This document shows positions 59,941 to 64,000 of a stretch of 64,000 nt of DNA, piece by piece. The DNA is from Octopus vulgaris. Its lineage: Eukaryota. The notes beneath the pieces were generated by a model. That model saw nothing but the letters and a program-made list of their open reading frames with translations, ran no database searches and had not been told where the DNA came from. Position numbers and translations under genes: made by a program. The stretch is from contig OX597840.1 in NCBI GenBank assembly GCA_951406725.2, positions 29,946,001-30,010,000 on the forward strand, given 5' to 3'. Within the stretch, counting starts at the first letter, position 1; each line of letters begins with the position of its first letter.

Positions 59941-60134
59941 TATATGTATGTATATAAGCATATGAACTCATACATATATGCATTGTTTCTATGTGGAGTT
60001 ACATTTAAGAACAATTTAACATTAAGCTGAAGGATTACTTAATTTTTGCAAAAGTACAAATTTATTAAATTGAACAAGGCAGGCAAAACTTCAAACTTAC
60101 TGCCAACCTTCTCCTTGTAAAAGTTTAATAATTT

Positions 60135-60181
<47 letters not shown>

Positions 60182-60314
60182 CATTACCATCATTTAATGA
60201 CTGTTTTCGAAACTGGCATGGGTTGGACAGTTTGACACCCAGAGCCGGTAAGATCAGTGACCTGAGAGGTCCCTGATCTTACCAGCTGTGGGTGTCTTTT
60301 ATGTAGCACCATAT

Positions 60315-60346
<32 letters not shown>

Positions 60347-61110
60347 GTGTGCATATATAAATGTGTCTATATATATGTTTATATACATATGTATGTATGT
60401 ATATGTGTTTATATATATATATATTAACATATATAGATACATATTTATATATATATATGTAAGTATGTATATGTGTTTATATATATATATATTAACATAT
60501 ATAGATACATATTTATATATATATGTAAGTATGTAAGAGTGTGTGTGCCCCCAACGCCACACACTCACACACACACACACACATACACACGCACACACAC
60601 ACGCACACACACACATATATATATATATATATTAGGCACAGGAGCGGAGGACTAGCTATGTGTAAGAAGTTTGCTTTCCGATCACATGGCTACCTGTTCA
60701 GTCCCACTGCGTGCCACCTTGGGCAAGTGACTTCTACTATGGCCTTAGGCCAACCAAAGCCTTACAAATGGATTTCTAGATGGACACTGAAAGAAATCTG
60801 CTCTGTATGTATGTGTGTGTGACTTTGTGTTTATCTACCACCACTGCTTGACAACCAGTATTGGTGTGTTTATATCCCTGTAGGCAAAATAGACAAATAG
60901 AATAAGTACTAAGTTGAATAAGATAAAGTGTTAAGGTCGATACATTTGACTAAAATTGCACCAAAACACCGCTCCAGCATGGCCAGTTAAATGACAGATA
61001 CACGTAACAGATATTTATGAGTGTGTGTGTGCGCGCGTGTGTGTGTGTGTGCGTGTATACCGTTGGCGATTTTTTTTCCTCTGTCTTCTCTGGATCTTTC
61101 CTTCTCCTAT

Positions 61111-61145
61111 GTTTCTGATGAAGAGCTCCGCTCGAAACGTTAAAC
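61111..61145 (+). ncRNA. Minimal type I hammerhead ribozyme in P1 element 61053-61251
   Basis: Stem I GTTT/AAAC, CTGATGA, extra A, stem II GAGC(TCC)GCTC, GAAA, palindromic ACGT stem III (dimer type), GUU triplet. Confidence 0.7.
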
Positions 61146-61460
61146 CCCACTTCATTCCTTCTTTCCTGAGCGTCCAATAATACTATATTTGTTCCACGTC
61201 CTCGCGTTGTTGTGTTTTTTTGTGCTTTCTTGTTTTCTTGTTTGGATTAACGATATATATATATAAATATACTAAGCAATAAAGGGTTTAGCAACGAATT
61301 GCCTTACCACAGACCGAATTTAGAAATAGCAGTCAAAGAGTTATAGCTATTTCTTCTACTAAAAAGGGAGATCTCAGTAAAAAACACAGCAATTGGAAGG
61401 CAGACACAAACAGGTAAGAGAGAATGAATTGACGGCAATCTATCATACAATTTTAAGTTA

Positions 61461-61560
61461 TCTACGGACGCACGTTTCGAAATCAAGTTTTTAGGAAAGC
61501 ATAAGAATTAAATATTAGATAATTCTACGTTACCCAAACTTCTTTTCTCTTCAGCGTAGA
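61461..61560 (-). ncRNA. Canonical type I hammerhead ribozyme with extended stem II
   Basis: Minus: TCTACG-CTGAAGA-GAAA(long hairpin)TTTC-GAA-ACG(TG)CGT-C-CGTAGA; all core nucleotides, G10.1-C11.1 pair, GUC triplet, 6-bp stem I. Confidence 0.85.
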
Positions 61561-61643
61561 ATACTATAATCGTAAATGATTATATATTGAATTTTGAGAT
61601 ACTAGAAGGCACCAACTCAACTCAGTATCAGAGCGAGCCAGAA

Positions 61644-61674
<31 letters not shown>

Positions 61675-62120
61675 CTCAAACAAACTGTTTTCCCAGATTT
61701 TTTAACAGCACTTATCATACAAATGAATTAAGATATATTCATAAGTATTTTAATCATCATCATAATTGTTATCATCATCATTGTTGTTTTAACTTGGACA
61801 TTTATATATTTGAATGGGTCAGATGGAATTCAGTGGGACAAATTTTCTATGGCCACGTCCCCTTTTTGTTGCCAATCCTCAAGTAAGGTTTCCAAGTTGG
61901 TAACATTTTCCCATGACTTGACATGTTTCTCACAGAAGACTGGAAATCAAGGACATCACTCATTTCCAACTCTTGCATAATGCCTAGACCAGGAACCACA
62001 GATGCACACACAAACCTATATACATGCACACATATGTATAGATCTGATGAAATGGTTAGGTTATGTAATAAATTGATGTAACATATTATTGAGCAAATAA
62101 ACAGTCTTCCTATAGAAACA

Positions 62121-62510
62121 GGATGAGGTGGTGAAGCACAATCTTCGAACATTAGGTCTTACCGAGGCAATGACTAGTGACCGAGACCTTTGGAAATATG
62201 CTGTGCATGAGAAGAGCCGTGAGGACAAGTGAGACCATAACCCGGGGCCTTTACCTGGGATGTAGCCATTGGACACAAAACTCTGCTTGCAAAGACTTGT
62301 TGAGGAAAGTGAAATCGAAATCGATCAAAAAAAATCAATGGAAATTGTAGTTGTGATACCAGTGCCGGTGGCATGTAAAAAGCACCAACCAATTGTGGAT
62401 GTTGCCAGCCTCACCTGGCACCTGTGCTGGTGGCTCCTAAAAAGCACCCACTACACTCACGGAGTGGTTGGCGTTAGGAAGGGCATCCAGCTGTAGAAAC
62501 ACTGCCAGAT
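62121..62510 (+). mobile_element. RTE LINE ORF end plus 3' UTR
   Basis: DEVVKHNLRTLGLTEAMTSDRDLWKYAV; continues into the AAAAAGCACCCACTACACTC 3' region. Confidence 0.75.
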
Positions 62511-62790
62511 GTGCTTTTAATGTGGAAATAGCATGAGTGCTTTCTATGTGATGCTGGGATGTGCACCTTTTATACGACACCAGCGCACGTGCTTTTTTAC
62601 ATGGCACCAGCAAAAGTGAAGTTTATGTGGTTCCAGCACCAGTGCTTTTTTGATGGAACCGGCATGAGCTTCTTACACAGAGAACCAGCATGAGTCTTCT
62701 ATACATAGCACCGACACAAATGCTTTTTATACGGTGGTGGCGCAAGTGCCTTTTACATGGCACTGGCACAAGTGCCATTTACATGGCACA
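62511..62790. repeat. Degenerate ~26-bp minisatellite, about 10 units
   Basis: Consensus like GTGCTTTTTACATGGCACCAGCACAA; resembles the reverse complement of the RTE-UTR motif ending GTAAAAAGCAC. Confidence 0.6.
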
Positions 62791-63104
62791 TGCTTCACAA
62801 CCACATGTGAGTGACATAGTGGTCTCATATCAAGATTAACAGTGCATGACCTTGCAGGTGGGGCCCAGTTAGAATTTTCTTCAAGTCGAGTAGCCCATCC
62901 TTGCTCAAAAGGTCTCTGAATAAGGATTGTTTAAGGATGTTGAACGAAACACCCATGTTTCCAGAGGTGAATTATTCAAACCCCAAAGAATTCCTCTCAA
63001 CACATGGCTAGAGGAATTTCAACCGTGTTTCGTGGTCTGCTACCACAACAGCCCCTTTATAGGATCCAGTTAGCTCAAGACATCATCAGGAGGAACCACG
63101 TCCG

Positions 63105-63601
63105 GTTTCGGCCCCTACCCCTCTACCGTTTTGACGTGGCGGGGCCCCCACTTTCGGAGGTGTCTTCAGCTCTGGTGTTGGGTGCATGTCTTCTTTCTTC
63201 TTCTTTCTTCTGTTCCCTGGCCTCTTCAGTTTCGGCCCCTACTCCTCTACCGTTTTGATGTGGCAGGGCCCCCCCTTTTCGGAGGTGTCTTCAGCTCTGG
63301 TGTTGGGTGCATGTCTTCTTTCTTCTTCTTTCTTCTGTTCCCTGGCCTCTTCAGTTTCGGCCCCTACTCCTCTACCGTTTTGATGTGGCAGAGCCCCCTC
63401 TTTCGGAGGTGTCTTCAGCTCTGGTGTTGAGTGCATGTCTTCTTTCTTCTTCTTTCTTCTGTTCCCTGGCCTCTTCAGTTTCGGCCCCTACTCCTCTACC
63501 GTTTTGATGTGGCAGGGCCCCCCCTCTTTCGGAGGTGTCTTCAGCTCTGGTGTTGGGTGCATGTCTTCTTTCTTCTTCTTTCTTCTGTTCCCTGGCCTCT
63601 T
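63105..63601. repeat. GC-rich tandem repeat, 4 x ~124 bp, near-identical
   Basis: GTTTCGGCCCC at 63105, 63229, 63354 and 63478. Confidence 0.95.
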
Positions 63602-63630
63602 TGATGTATCGTCAGCGAGTGTCAGCCGGT

Positions 63631-63712
63631 GACTAACTGACTTGTCAAATTTTTCCCTTTAAATACCTGCCGCTAGGCTCCAGCAGGCAGCCCAGCAAGT
63701 TGTCACGTGACA
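63631..63712 (-). promoter_or_regulatory. Candidate Pol II core promoter (E-box, TATA, Inr)
   Basis: Palindrome TGTCACGTGACA (63701-12); minus TATTTAAA starting at 63665; TCAGTTAGTC with candidate +1 A located 27 or 31 nt downstream. Confidence 0.45.
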
Positions 63713-64000
63713 CTGTCTCACCTTAACTGACTAGTGAAGGCGCGTAGTTTTAGCCCGTGCTTTTTCTAAACGACTGCTTCAGCTTGTGATCAGAGATGCA
63801 TATATCGTCAGCCACTAAGGGACACGCTCAACTGGTTAAGGTCAAACAACTGACAAGCAAATCTGTGGTATTGAGCAGAATATTTGCTGTAGCCCATCTT
63901 TTATACCAAGACAAAACAATGTACATGATAACACTTCCAATCAGTTAAGATCAGAAGCCACGAGAGCCACTGCCTGGTACTGCATCAGGGCATTGTTGCT

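Larger units (their letters stand above)
62786..63993 (-). mobile_element. Family E element split by a ~760-bp insertion (63011-63772)
   Basis: E sequence stops after CACATGGCTA (63010) and resumes at ACTGCTTCAGCTTGTGATCAG (~63773). Confidence 0.85.

Noticed and set aside
62511-62790. CRISPR-like look of the ~26-bp recurring motif
   Set aside because: Units are contiguous and degenerate with no unique spacers; eukaryotic context and no cas genes
63004-63632. Protein-coding ORFs across the 124-bp array
   Set aside because: Unit lengths of 124-125 shift the frame at each repeat and stops recur; no domain is recognisable

Overview
Repeat-saturated, AT-rich eukaryotic DNA. The microsatellite load and SINE repertoire suggest an octopus genome; this is an inference and was not verified. 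Almost all ORFs in the supplied track are microsatellite artefacts. Only one host-gene candidate is visible: a short signal-peptide exon at 14274-14352 (+) with a strong acceptor, Kozak context and donor, beside a palindrome-rich island. No further exon was found, implying an intron longer than 49 kb. The rest is at least four tRNA-derived SINE families (some trimeric or with swapped tails), 3' fragments of CR1, RTE, R4/Dong and Penelope-like retroelements, two decayed mariner transposons, several MITEs, a non-autonomous Helitron, a tRNA-Lys-derived mini-element and a ~1.9-kb tandem duplication. The most notable signal is a dispersed set of about 9-11 type I hammerhead-ribozyme motifs in short elements embedded in (TA)n tracts. 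One is fully canonical (61461-61560, minus strand, long stem II), several are minimal dimer-type motifs, and one family has a fixed A6U core variant. Penelope RT remnants lie nearby, suggesting a Penelope-mobilised, retrozyme-like system. Family labels A-E, P1 and P2 are my own working names. Element boundaries were read by eye and are approximate unless a TSD or TIR is quoted.
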